From positions 3,104,001 through 3,168,000 of the forward strand of contig CBDCJV010000002.1 of the NCBI GenBank assembly GCA_965217895.1: DNA of 64,000 nt, in the 5' to 3' direction. This DNA is from Waterburya sp. GTDB taxonomy: Bacteria; Cyanobacteriota; Cyanobacteriia; Cyanobacteriales; Xenococcaceae. The notes beneath the pieces are model-generated. The model was not told where the DNA came from. It made no database searches and saw only the letters and a program-made list of their open reading frames with translations. Made by a program: the position numbers and the translations under genes. Positions 1 to 9,859 of the stretch are shown here, in pieces. Positions within the stretch are counted from its first letter, which is position 1, and each line of letters begins with the position of its first letter.

Positions 1-111
1 ATCATGCTGCTTAAAAACAAAAAAGATTGAGAGAGCTAGGTTCTATAACTATTGTGGCTTATAGAGCTATCAAGTCCTGACAGATTAGGCAAAATCACGT
101 CAAGCAACTAA

Positions 112-1281
112 ATGAAATTACTAATTGTTTTTCCTTCCACTCAAAGAGGAGGTGCGGAGGAATATGCTATAAAAATTGCTCGGGGAATTAAGCAAAAAAA
201 GTGGAAAATACACGCAGCATTTCCAAAAACTCCTGAAACAATCTCTTTGATCGACGATTTTACGCAGCAAGGCATTGAGTACCATCATTTAGAGATTGCT
301 GATAAACCAGGGAATAAATTCAATTCACTCAAAGCAAGCATATTTAGACTGTTTGTAACCTATAAACTACTCCTAGAAATTAAGCCTGATGTTATATTAC
401 TCAACCTTCCCGCTCATCATTTTGGCTTTGCAATTGTATTAGTCTACGGTTTATTGAAGATTCCTACAGCAGTTGTTTTTCATCTTATTCCTGCGCCAGC
501 TTCTTTTAGTTCAGCTAAAATACGAGCCTATCACTGGGCAAAAGCTCGAAATCAAGAGTGGATTACTATTTCTGACTACAACCGTAAATATTTAGCTCAA
601 GAATTTGCTATGGATCTTCAAGAGTTGCGCTGTATTTATAACGGTATCGAACAACAATCTCTAGTGATTCCCTCAAACAGAGATCGCCATCAATTACGCT
701 TAAAAATTAGGCAAGAATTGGGTTTAGCAGAAACTAGTCAATTGCTGTTAACCGTAGCTCGTCTTCACCCCCAAAAGGGTCATGATTATTTAATTCCGAC
801 GATGCCCGAAATTGTCGCCAAGTTTCCTCAAGCGCATTTTGTTTGGGTAGGAGATGGAGACCATGCTTCCTATTTAACCGAAATACTACAGCAGCATAAC
901 GTTGAGAAAAAAGTGAGCTTTTTGGGATATCGCCGTGATATTCCAGATATTTTGAGTGCAGCCGATATCTTTCTCTTCCCTAGCTATCAAGAAGGCTTAC
1001 CCTTTGCTATTTTAGAAGCCTTGGTTTATGGCTTGCCTATAGTAGCATCGGATACGGGGGGGATTCCAGAGATGATAGTTCATCAGCACAATGGTTTGCT
1101 GTTTGAAACTGGCGATCGCCAAGACTTACTAGAAAAACTCGACTGGGCTTTGACTCATCCCAACACTATGGTGCAAATGGCTGAAGTAGGGAAAGTAGAG
1201 GTACAAAAGTTTTCAGAAACCAAAATGCTCAAAGATACCTTAAAAGTATTGGAAAATCTAGCCCTAACTCGGCAAAACTAA
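112..1281 (+). CDS. GT4 family glycosyltransferase
   Basis: 389 aa ORF; RGGAEEY N-terminus, VARLHPQKG and EGLPFAILEA (E-x7-E) GT-B motifs. Confidence 0.9.
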   Translation: MKLLIVFPSTQRGGAEEYAIKIARGIKQKKWKIHAAFPKTPETISLIDDFTQQGIEYHHLEIADKPGNKFNSLKASIFRLFVTYKLLLEIKPDVILLNLPAHHFGFAIVLVYGLLKIPTAVVFHLIPAPASFSSAKIRAYHWAKARNQEWITISDYNRKYLAQEFAMDLQELRCIYNGIEQQSLVIPSNRDRHQLRLKIRQELGLAETSQLLLTVARLHPQKGHDYLIPTMPEIVAKFPQAHFVWVGDGDHASYLTEILQQHNVEKKVSFLGYRRDIPDILSAADIFLFPSYQEGLPFAILEALVYGLPIVASDTGGIPEMIVHQHNGLLFETGDRQDLLEKLDWALTHPNTMVQMAEVGKVEVQKFSETKMLKDTLKVLENLALTRQN

Positions 1282-1288
1282 ATTTTTT

Positions 1289-2422
1289 TTATAAAAGCTT
1301 TAATAGCCCATTAATTTGCTGCTCTATATTTAACAGATTAAAACGCTGACTGGCAGTAGTTTGACCAGCCCGAGCGATCGCCTTGGTTGCTTTTGGTTGC
1401 TGGCGACACCGATTGATTGTGTCGGCTAATTCCCGCACGTCTCCAGGAGTAGTAAGCCAGCCAGTGCGATCGCGCTCAATTAATTCTACCGCACCCCCTG
1501 CTGCTGCTGCGATAATTGGTTTGCCGCACAGCATCGCTTCGACAATGACTCTACCAAAAGGTTCGGGTGAGGTAGAGGTATGAACCACCAGATCGCACAT
1601 GGACATTAACTGAGGAATATCTGTTCTGAAGCCTAAAAAGCGGACGCGATCTCCTAATTCTAAGTCCTTCACCTGTTGGTGCAACTTCTCGACATATTCA
1701 TCTTCACCAAATAAGGCATCTCCGACTAAAATCGCCGTAGCTTCGGGACAATGGGTTAATGCTTCGATCAGAACATGCTGACCTTTCCAGGGAGATAGAC
1801 GACTGAAATGACCAACAACATATCTTCCTTGTAAATTTAATTCTTGTTTCAATTGAGTAGCGCGATCGCTTTGATATTGATATCGATCTAAATCAAAGCC
1901 ATTATAAACTACTTCTACTAACTGCTCTTTTCCTCCCGCTTCAACAAAAGCAGTTTTGGTAGCTTGAGAATTGGCAATAATCAGCGAGGCAAAGCGGTTT
2001 GCCACAAATACAGCCAATTTGCGGTTAACTCGACTAAAATGCTCTACCGAAAGAATATCCCGCAGATGATAAGCTAGTGGCTTTTTGGTCAAAAAACTAG
2101 CTATTGCCCCAACTACCATTGCTTTTTGGGTATTGGCATAGAGCAGATCGTAATCTTTACTAAGGCTTGCTACCTCACTAATTAGGGAAATCAATTGTCC
2201 AACATTACTAATACTCTGCCAAAAATTACTGTCTTTTGAAATTTTGAGCGCTCGCGCCGATAAAATATGAACGGGTACTTGATTTTGTTTTAGGGCTTCT
2301 TTAAATGAACCATCGGCAAATAAACTAACCAAACAAGAATCTCGGTAAAAATTTGCCAGATCCAACAGACTTAATTCTGCCCCCCCTAATTTACCACTTT
2401 GATCTAAAAATAAAATCTTCAT
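1289..2422 (-). CDS. GT4 family glycosyltransferase (tandem paralog 2)
   Basis: LGGAELS, SRLSPWKGQ and EPFGRVIVEA motifs. Confidence 0.9.
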   Translation of the reverse strand: MKILFLDQSGKLGGAELSLLDLANFYRDSCLVSLFADGSFKEALKQNQVPVHILSARALKISKDSNFWQSISNVGQLISLISEVASLSKDYDLLYANTQKAMVVGAIASFLTKKPLAYHLRDILSVEHFSRVNRKLAVFVANRFASLIIANSQATKTAFVEAGGKEQLVEVVYNGFDLDRYQYQSDRATQLKQELNLQGRYVVGHFSRLSPWKGQHVLIEALTHCPEATAILVGDALFGEDEYVEKLHQQVKDLELGDRVRFLGFRTDIPQLMSMCDLVVHTSTSPEPFGRVIVEAMLCGKPIIAAAAGGAVELIERDRTGWLTTPGDVRELADTINRCRQQPKATKAIARAGQTTASQRFNLLNIEQQINGLLKLL

Positions 2423-2462
2423 ATTTATCTCGGTAGCTTACTTAAATTGATGATGAATAAAG

Positions 2463-3602
2463 TTAGAAGTTGATAACTTGGCACAATAAATCATCAATTT
2501 GCTGTTCGATATTGACCAAATTAAAGCGTTGGACTGCGGTAATTCTTCCTGCTTGGGCGATCGCCTTGGTCATTTCTGGTTGTTGACGACTTTGATTAAT
2601 AATTTCTCCTAGTTTCAAGGCATCTCCTGGGGGGGTAAGCCAACCCGTTTGACCATGACTAATCAACTCTGTTGCCCCTCCTGCTGCGGTTGCCACAATA
2701 GGTTTCCCACACAGCATAGCTTCGGCAATTACCCGTCCAAAAGGTTCGGGAGCGGTGGAGGTATGGACAACTAGATCGCACATCGATATTAGTTGAGGTA
2801 TATCTGAGCGAAAGCCTAGAAAATGGACGCGATCGCTCAATTCTAATTGTTTTATTTGTTGGTGCAACTGTTCGACATATTCATATTCTCCAAATAGGGC
2901 ATCTCCCGCCAGAATTGCTGTGACCTGAGGACAATAAGTCAATGCCTCAATCAAAATATGTTGACCTTTCCAAGGAGAGAGACGACTAAAGTGACCAATA
3001 ATATAGTCTCCCTTCAAGTTTAATTTTTGCTTAAGCTGTAGGTCGGAATCTCGATCTTGATACTGCGTCAAATCAAATCCGTTATAAACTACTTCGACCA
3101 GACTACTTTTCCCTCCTTCCCTAATAAAAGCAGTTTTCGTGGCTTTGGAATTAGCAATAATCAAGGAAGCAAAGCGATTTGCCAGAAAGACAGCTAGTTG
3201 TCGATTGGCTTTACTAAAATGCTCTGAAGAAAGAATATCGTGTAAATGATAAATTAATGGTTTACCCGTTACCAAGCTAACTATTGCCCCTACCACCATT
3301 GCTTTTTGAGTATTAGCATAAATTAAATCGTAGTCATGACTAAGCTGGGCAACTTCAACAATCAAAGGGACTAACTGTCCGACACTTTTGGTACTCTGCC
3401 AAAGGTTACTGTCTTTAGAAATTTTGAGCGATCGCTTAGATAAGATACATACAGGGACTTTATTTTGTTCTAGGGCTTTTCTAAACGAGCCATCGGCAAA
3501 CAAACAAACCAGACAAGAATCTCGATAAAATTTTGCCAGATCCAAAAGGCTTAATTCTGCCCCGCCTAATTTACCACTTTGATCTAAAAACAAAATCTTC
3601 AT
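2463..3602 (-). CDS. GT4 family glycosyltransferase (tandem paralog 1)
   Basis: Same motifs; collinear and highly similar to 1289..2422. Confidence 0.9.
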   Translation of the reverse strand: MKILFLDQSGKLGGAELSLLDLAKFYRDSCLVCLFADGSFRKALEQNKVPVCILSKRSLKISKDSNLWQSTKSVGQLVPLIVEVAQLSHDYDLIYANTQKAMVVGAIVSLVTGKPLIYHLHDILSSEHFSKANRQLAVFLANRFASLIIANSKATKTAFIREGGKSSLVEVVYNGFDLTQYQDRDSDLQLKQKLNLKGDYIIGHFSRLSPWKGQHILIEALTYCPQVTAILAGDALFGEYEYVEQLHQQIKQLELSDRVHFLGFRSDIPQLISMCDLVVHTSTAPEPFGRVIAEAMLCGKPIVATAAGGATELISHGQTGWLTPPGDALKLGEIINQSRQQPEMTKAIAQAGRITAVQRFNLVNIEQQIDDLLCQVINF

Positions 3603-3858
3603 TTTTATCTCTATAGTCTATTCATCAAAATATTGTGGAGACAAATTCAACAAAGAATAATCATTGATAACAGCCTCTCATATTTTAGGAGACTATTTCA
3701 CACTTTGGAAGACTACTTTGTCAAATTTTTGATTGTGTTTGCTCTTTAACTTTTTATATTGCCTCCAAAGATAAAAAATAGAATTGTAATAATTTTGTCA
3801 GTCAAATATAAATTTTAATGATAAAATACTCAACAATATTAATTTTAAAATATCACTA

Positions 3859-4986
3859 ATGGATAAAAGCTTGATTGTCACTTGTTTTTATGGAGATCCT
3901 AAAAATCCTAAAACCTGGTCAGGAACTCCATGCAAATTAATCAAAGTTTTAGAAGATAGAGGAATTAATATATATGGAATTGATTCTGGGATATATAGTT
4001 TTATAGAAAAAGCTTTTTTTTATTTTATACATAAATTTACAAGAGAAGGCTTTAACTTTCGGACAACCGGGGGGTTCAACTTTCGTGAAGGAATAATTAC
4101 TAAAAAATATTCTGCTTACGTCATTAAGCGCAAAGCTAAAAACTTTGATGCCAATATAATACTTCATACGTCAATGATAGATGTATCTGGTTCGAGTGAA
4201 GATTTAAAGTATACTCATTTTTGGTTGGGAGATTACACCTGGAATCTCAGACATAAAAGTACTTTAAACTCCAAAAAATTTAACAAAAAAATGTTTTTAA
4301 GAATGGAAAAGATTGAAAGAGATTGCCAAAAACAAATCAAACATTTTTTTCCAATTTCAGAATATGTCAAAAAGAACTTAATTAATCATTATGGAATAGA
4401 GCCAAGTAAAATTACTATTGTTCGTACAGGAAGAGGAGAAATAAAGCCATTTACTGGAGAAAAAAGCTATACAAATGGAAAAATTTTGATGGTAGCAAAA
4501 CATAGATTTGAAGATAAAGGAGGGGGACTATTATTAAAAAGCTTTGAAATAGCTCAAAAAAGAAATAAGAATCTCAAGTTAGTAATAATTGGCGATGAAA
4601 AATACAAAGAGCAAGTTGGAAATCTTCAAAATGTAACAGTAACAGGTTTTATACCATGGGAAGAATTACAAAATCATTTTAATACTGCCTCACTCTTTGC
4701 AATGCCAGCTTTGAATGAGCCTTGGGGATTAGTTTATTTAGAAGCACTTGCCTGTAAGACTCCAATTCTTGGATTAAATCGCAATTCTCTTCCTGAAATT
4801 ACTCAGGATGGAAAATTCGGATTTTTAGTAGATGAACCCGACCCTAGTTTAATCGCAGATAAAATACTTGATGCTTTCTCTGCTCCAAATAGGTTAAAGG
4901 AAATGGGAGAAAAAGGACAAAACTATACGTTGAATATGTATTCATGGGAAAAAACAGTAAACAAAATACAAGAAGTAATTTTTTAG
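3859..4986 (+). CDS. GT4 family glycosyltransferase, low-GC
   Basis: EPWGLVYLEA motif, C-terminal YSWEK; AT-rich codon usage. Confidence 0.85.
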   Translation: MDKSLIVTCFYGDPKNPKTWSGTPCKLIKVLEDRGINIYGIDSGIYSFIEKAFFYFIHKFTREGFNFRTTGGFNFREGIITKKYSAYVIKRKAKNFDANIILHTSMIDVSGSSEDLKYTHFWLGDYTWNLRHKSTLNSKKFNKKMFLRMEKIERDCQKQIKHFFPISEYVKKNLINHYGIEPSKITIVRTGRGEIKPFTGEKSYTNGKILMVAKHRFEDKGGGLLLKSFEIAQKRNKNLKLVIIGDEKYKEQVGNLQNVTVTGFIPWEELQNHFNTASLFAMPALNEPWGLVYLEALACKTPILGLNRNSLPEITQDGKFGFLVDEPDPSLIADKILDAFSAPNRLKEMGEKGQNYTLNMYSWEKTVNKIQEVIF

Positions 4987-5013
4987 AAATAAAAATAGTA
5001 CATACAATATAAA

Positions 5014-6016
5014 ATGAATTCAGCAAATAAGTCAGTCATTATTACTAGCATCAATTATCCGACTAAGGCAGTCAGAAGAATAGCAACAAATTGCAGAGAG
5101 TGGAAATTAATAGTTATTGGAGACAAAAAAACTCCCTCTGATTGGGTTTGTGAAGAAGTAGAATTTTTATCTGTAGACAATCAATTAAAGCTACATAGCA
5201 AATTTGCTAAAGCATGTAAATTTAATCATTACGTAAGAAAAAATATTGGGTATATAAAAGCTATTCAAGATGGAGCAGAAATTATAGCTGAAACAGACGA
5301 TGATAATATTCCATACGATAATTTTTTGACTCCTATATCTAAGTTTGTAGAAGGAAAGGTTGTAACAAGTAAAGGTTGGAATAATGTTTACAAGTACTTT
5401 GTAGAAGACAAGGTAAAAATATGGCCACGTGGATTCCCTTTAGAAAATGTTAATGAAAGCTTTGCTGATACTATTGAGGTGAATACTATTAAAAAACTTG
5501 ATTGTCCTATTCAACAGTATTTAGCTGATGGAGATCCAGATGTAGATGCAGTTTATAGACTAACTACAGAAGGTGAAATTAAATTTAAATCTAATACTGT
5601 GATTATGTCAAATGGCTGTTTTTGTCCTTTTAATTCACAAAATACTATTTGGTGGCCAGAAGCTTATCCATTACTTTATTTACCTAGCTTTGTTACTTTT
5701 CGTATGACTGATATATGGCGATCGTTTATAGCACAAGTCTGTATTTATGCATTAGGAAAAAACATTGCTTTTCGAGAGCCGACAGTATTTCAAGAGCGAA
5801 ATCAACACTGTTTAATATCCGATTTTAAAGATGAGATTCCAGGTTATTTAAATAACAAAAAAATTATAGATCTTCTTAGAAGTTTAAATTTATCGCAAAA
5901 TTTCGAGTAAAGTAGGAGAAAATTTGTATATCTGTTATGAAAAGTTAGTTGAAGCTGAAATTATTCCGAAAGATGAGCTTAATTTAGTTCGCTTATGGCT
6001 TTCTGACATATTTTGA
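5014..6016 (+). pseudogene. STELLO/DUF288-like glycosyltransferase with +1 frameshift near the 3' end
   Basis: VIGDKKTP, RKNIGY, ETDDDN, WPRGFP, DPDVDA and FRMTDIWR motifs; ORF stops at 5910 but VGENLYICYEKLVEAEIIPKDELNLVRLWLSDIF* continues in the +1 frame (5912-6016). Confidence 0.7.
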
Positions 6017-6025
6017 GAAAATTGG

Positions 6026-7339
6026 TTATACTGGGGATATTTCTATAATTAGAGGGTGATCGGATACATATACCGTAAATTCTTGATGATTGGTATATTG
6101 TTTTATGGGTTTTATAGTGTTAATTGGTTGATAAACATTAACGGTTTTAGTGGGTACATTTAAAACTACTCTTAATGGTTGATTCTTAACTTTAATATCT
6201 ATCCTTTCAGACAAGTCAAAACTAGGAACTTCTTGCCATAAAAGCAGGTAAAATTTGTGATTTCGTTTCTGTAATAGAGTATGATGTATGTTATTTGTGT
6301 TACTTTCTTTGCCTCTTATCTGATAATCTAAAGTATTGGTCAAAAATGGTTGTTTAATATTGTTATCAGAATCTTTTAAAAGAGCGATTACGTTTCTCAA
6401 GGCTATAAAATCAGGCTTAGGTGAGCCATCATAATGAAGTAGTCCATAGTTATACTGTGAATAGTCTTTTTCGGGATTAGCATGAAGGTCGAGTAGTTCA
6501 TAACTGTAGGTGCGTTCAATTCCTCGATTAAAATATTCCAGAAACAATCTCAACAAATATTTGCTTGCAGCCCGCTCGGATATTCCTGGTCGTTCTGGTT
6601 GATTGACAGCATTGTGATATCCAGTTTCCGTAGCAACAATTGGTTTATCTCGACAAACAATCTTAGTAGAAGGAATCCAACGAGTTTCCAATCCTCCTGC
6701 TGGCATACCCCAAGGAGAAAAGCTATAGCTGTGCATATTGCCCAAATCGCAATCAACTTGTCCTAATCGAGCTGCATTTTGAGGAAAAGATATTGATGGA
6801 CTCAATACTGGTATGTGGGCAGTATCAGGATCGGCTTTGAGCGCAGCATACATTTCTGCTTGATAATTACGCACACCTTCAGGAAAGTTTTCTCCTTGAT
6901 AATAAGCATCAGGTTGACCATCCCATTCGTTAGGTCCTTCCAAACCTTCGATCGCATCAATAACTGACTTAGTAAGCTGTACGACTTCTGAGCCACTTTT
7001 AACCCATCTAGGATCCATAATCAAAGTTGACTTAATGCCAATTTTTCCTAGATCGTTAAATTTTGCCTGGGCAAGTTTATCATCAACGGAAGGGCTGTCT
7101 CCACGAATGTGGCGAATACCCAACTCTTTTAATCTGGGTTCGATTACTCCTTCATATTGTTCATAAGCAGTATCGAGATAAGTTAGGTGTACCGCTACCC
7201 CAATAGAATCAATAAAAGAGTCAGCACTACGAGCTAATTCTGCCGTGGTTGGATTAATTTGCAGTCTGGATGTCAAAATAGTTAAGCAAACTATACCAAG
7301 TATTATCTGTAATAATTTTCTTGAAAATAAGTTTTTCAT
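6026..7339 (-). CDS. Putative exported glycoside hydrolase (clan GH-A-like TIM barrel)
   Basis: N-terminal hydrophobic anchor; GPNEWD (acid/base-like) and ATETGY (nucleophile-like) motifs. Confidence 0.6.
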   Translation of the reverse strand: MKNLFSRKLLQIILGIVCLTILTSRLQINPTTAELARSADSFIDSIGVAVHLTYLDTAYEQYEGVIEPRLKELGIRHIRGDSPSVDDKLAQAKFNDLGKIGIKSTLIMDPRWVKSGSEVVQLTKSVIDAIEGLEGPNEWDGQPDAYYQGENFPEGVRNYQAEMYAALKADPDTAHIPVLSPSISFPQNAARLGQVDCDLGNMHSYSFSPWGMPAGGLETRWIPSTKIVCRDKPIVATETGYHNAVNQPERPGISERAASKYLLRLFLEYFNRGIERTYSYELLDLHANPEKDYSQYNYGLLHYDGSPKPDFIALRNVIALLKDSDNNIKQPFLTNTLDYQIRGKESNTNNIHHTLLQKRNHKFYLLLWQEVPSFDLSERIDIKVKNQPLRVVLNVPTKTVNVYQPINTIKPIKQYTNHQEFTVYVSDHPLIIEISPV

Positions 7340-7386
7340 TAGAATAAATTTTTAAATAAAATCTCAACTTGATTGTTTCAAATTTG

Positions 7387-8841
7387 TTATTTTAAAGTTT
7401 TATTTTGAGAGTCAATCCGAGACAAGTATAGATAATAGTTTTGACCACACATTCCTATCCCAATAAATCCCCATAGAATCATAGCCATTGGTCCATTAGT
7501 AATAGTCTTGAGAAATATCTGAGATATACTGCCGATAATAAGGGCATAAGCAGCGTTTAAAACCAGATCTTTATTTTTTAAAGAACTTTGCCTAATTTGG
7601 GCAATTAATAAAACCGCGCTCAATACATAAGGAGTAGTACCTACCCATCCTAAAGAAAATAAGAGAGTCAAAATACCGTTATCAAACACGACAAAATTGA
7701 CCTTGAGATCGACATCTGGTTCAATCGGGTTTTTGATTCCTTGTCCCACAAACTCGGTTGCAGCTAGATCAATTAGTTGACTGTAACCTCCTAATCTTGC
7801 CTTATAACTAGTATCTGTTTTAGTATCGGTAAATGATTCTACACGCTCACTGATAACAGTAGAAAATGGCTCCACTCTAGTTATCGGCAAAATCATCAAA
7901 ATTCCTAGTAAAATACTAACAAGTAGGCGAATTTTTAACTGAAATTTTAGAGCTTGGAAAAAAATAAACATACTCACAAACCAACCTAACCAAGCAGAAC
8001 GTGCCAGAGATAGAAGAAAGCTTAGATAGCCAATGCCATTAGCCCACAAGTTTCGACTTTGCTGCATTGAAAGCACCAACAACAGACAGGCGGTTATCAT
8101 CGCAGCAAAAGACTGTGGAGAATCCATCATGCTCGATACCCTAATTCCAAAAGGTTCTGGCAGACCAAAACTTCTAGTACCCAACTCGTCTATTCTGTCA
8201 ATCCAAAAACGATCCCAAGGCGGTGCAACTATATACTGGACGATGCCATAAGCTCCCATAACCAAAGCACCCCAAATAAAGGTGCGCTGAGTATTCTGAC
8301 GATAGCTGGGATAATCTCGCCACTGTAGCAATATATGAAAAGCAAAGGCAATGGGAGCTAACCATTCAAACAAAATAAAAATTCCCCGATCTACAAAGCC
8401 ATCATTAATTAATGAAAGAATCCAGCCATACAGACAACAGCTAGAAGCAACAATAAAGGGTAAGCCATTGTGTTTGTGAGCTTTGAGCGAATATTTAATT
8501 AAGCTTAGTACTGAAATAGAGGTGACTAACGTTGCAGCCAAAGTCCAGGGTCCTGGAGTCAAATAACCACAGCGGTAGTCAATCAGACGACGTACTAAAG
8601 ATCCGACAAACCACATCCACCAAGTAAAGCTACAGTAAATCAGGGGATATCGACGATATAATAGCCATCCGACTAATAATGAGCCAAGAGGAAATGTAGC
8701 GATCGCGATCGCTCCTCCTGCAACTAGGCTGAGACAGACAAAAAAAGCTAGTCCCAATATTGCCATCCAAGCCTCTCTTGGTTGAAAATCAAGTAGATTA
8801 GTATCCCAGACTTTTTTGGATAATTTTTGCTTGAGATTCAC
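7387..8841 (-). CDS. Wzy polymerase / O-antigen ligase-like membrane protein
   Basis: About 10-12 hydrophobic segments, LARSAWLG motif, large loop with SYKARL and GQG; lies in polysaccharide locus. Confidence 0.75.
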   Translation of the reverse strand: MNLKQKLSKKVWDTNLLDFQPREAWMAILGLAFFVCLSLVAGGAIAIATFPLGSLLVGWLLYRRYPLIYCSFTWWMWFVGSLVRRLIDYRCGYLTPGPWTLAATLVTSISVLSLIKYSLKAHKHNGLPFIVASSCCLYGWILSLINDGFVDRGIFILFEWLAPIAFAFHILLQWRDYPSYRQNTQRTFIWGALVMGAYGIVQYIVAPPWDRFWIDRIDELGTRSFGLPEPFGIRVSSMMDSPQSFAAMITACLLLVLSMQQSRNLWANGIGYLSFLLSLARSAWLGWFVSMFIFFQALKFQLKIRLLVSILLGILMILPITRVEPFSTVISERVESFTDTKTDTSYKARLGGYSQLIDLAATEFVGQGIKNPIEPDVDLKVNFVVFDNGILTLLFSLGWVGTTPYVLSAVLLIAQIRQSSLKNKDLVLNAAYALIIGSISQIFLKTITNGPMAMILWGFIGIGMCGQNYYLYLSRIDSQNKTLK

Positions 8842-9821
8842 TACTTTGTCTCCCCGTCCACAAGATTAATACGATCGCGAAGCATACCCTGGGAACAGTG
8901 GCTTTGTTGACAACTCAACCAGCCTTGCTTGCGTCCCTGGATGGAAACCAACCACTTATCAAAAGCTAATTTACCTTCTCGCGGTAAAAATCGTATTAGC
9001 TGCACCAAACCAAAAGCTCTTCTCGTACCAACCAGCATTGCCCAAACCATAAATAGGATTCGCTGGCGGAAAGGAAAATGCTCTAGTATTGCTAAGGTTT
9101 CATTATGTACCTCATTTAAAAAAGCTACTGAATTAAAGCGATCTCGTAAATCTTCATCAAACCTTTCAGCTAAATAATGATCGACAACAATTTGTGGATC
9201 GTAAATTAATTTCCACCCATCCCGTATCATAGGCAGACAAAAAGCCACTTCAAAATGTACCTGTGCGCCACTACCCCTCATCCTTGGATCGAAGCGTTTA
9301 TCCTTGATTGCCTGAGTTCGATAGCTCATATTCACACCCTTTAAAAAATCCACTTCTCGCGCAGTGCCAAAACCTAAATGATGATTGGCGATCATTCTGC
9401 CAAACCACTGTAGCTTCCCGACTACTCGTTTTTCACCTTTAATCAACTGCTTTCCTTCATACATAAGGTCTTTACCGCCAACGCCAGCTAGCTCTGGATG
9501 AGCTTCAAAATGAGCCTCAATCTTTGCTAGCCAATCATGATGAGGGACAGCATCGTCGTCAGTAAAACTAACAATATCTCCTTGGGCAAAATCCAAACCT
9601 AAGTTCATCGCAGCAATTACCCCCGTCACTTTTACAGTTAAAGTTTCGATTGGCAAAAGTTCGGCATCAAAATTTTCTAGAAATTCCCAAGTCAAATCAT
9701 CGCTATCTCGTACAATTATCAATATTTCATCAGCTAGCCGAAGCTGATTTTTTAGACCTATCAAACAATTATGAAGAGGTTCAGGACGACGATAGGTGGG
9801 AATAATAACGGTTATGTTCAC
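8841..9821 (-). CDS. GT2 family glycosyltransferase
   Basis: VIIPTYRR and FTDDD motifs. Confidence 0.9.
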   Translation of the reverse strand: MNITVIIPTYRRPEPLHNCLIGLKNQLRLADEILIIVRDSDDLTWEFLENFDAELLPIETLTVKVTGVIAAMNLGLDFAQGDIVSFTDDDAVPHHDWLAKIEAHFEAHPELAGVGGKDLMYEGKQLIKGEKRVVGKLQWFGRMIANHHLGFGTAREVDFLKGVNMSYRTQAIKDKRFDPRMRGSGAQVHFEVAFCLPMIRDGWKLIYDPQIVVDHYLAERFDEDLRDRFNSVAFLNEVHNETLAILEHFPFRQRILFMVWAMLVGTRRAFGLVQLIRFLPREGKLAFDKWLVSIQGRKQGWLSCQQSHCSQGMLRDRINLVDGETK

Positions 9822-9859
9822 TAGCTTTTTTGATAGTCATTTTGATTAAAATTTTTCTG

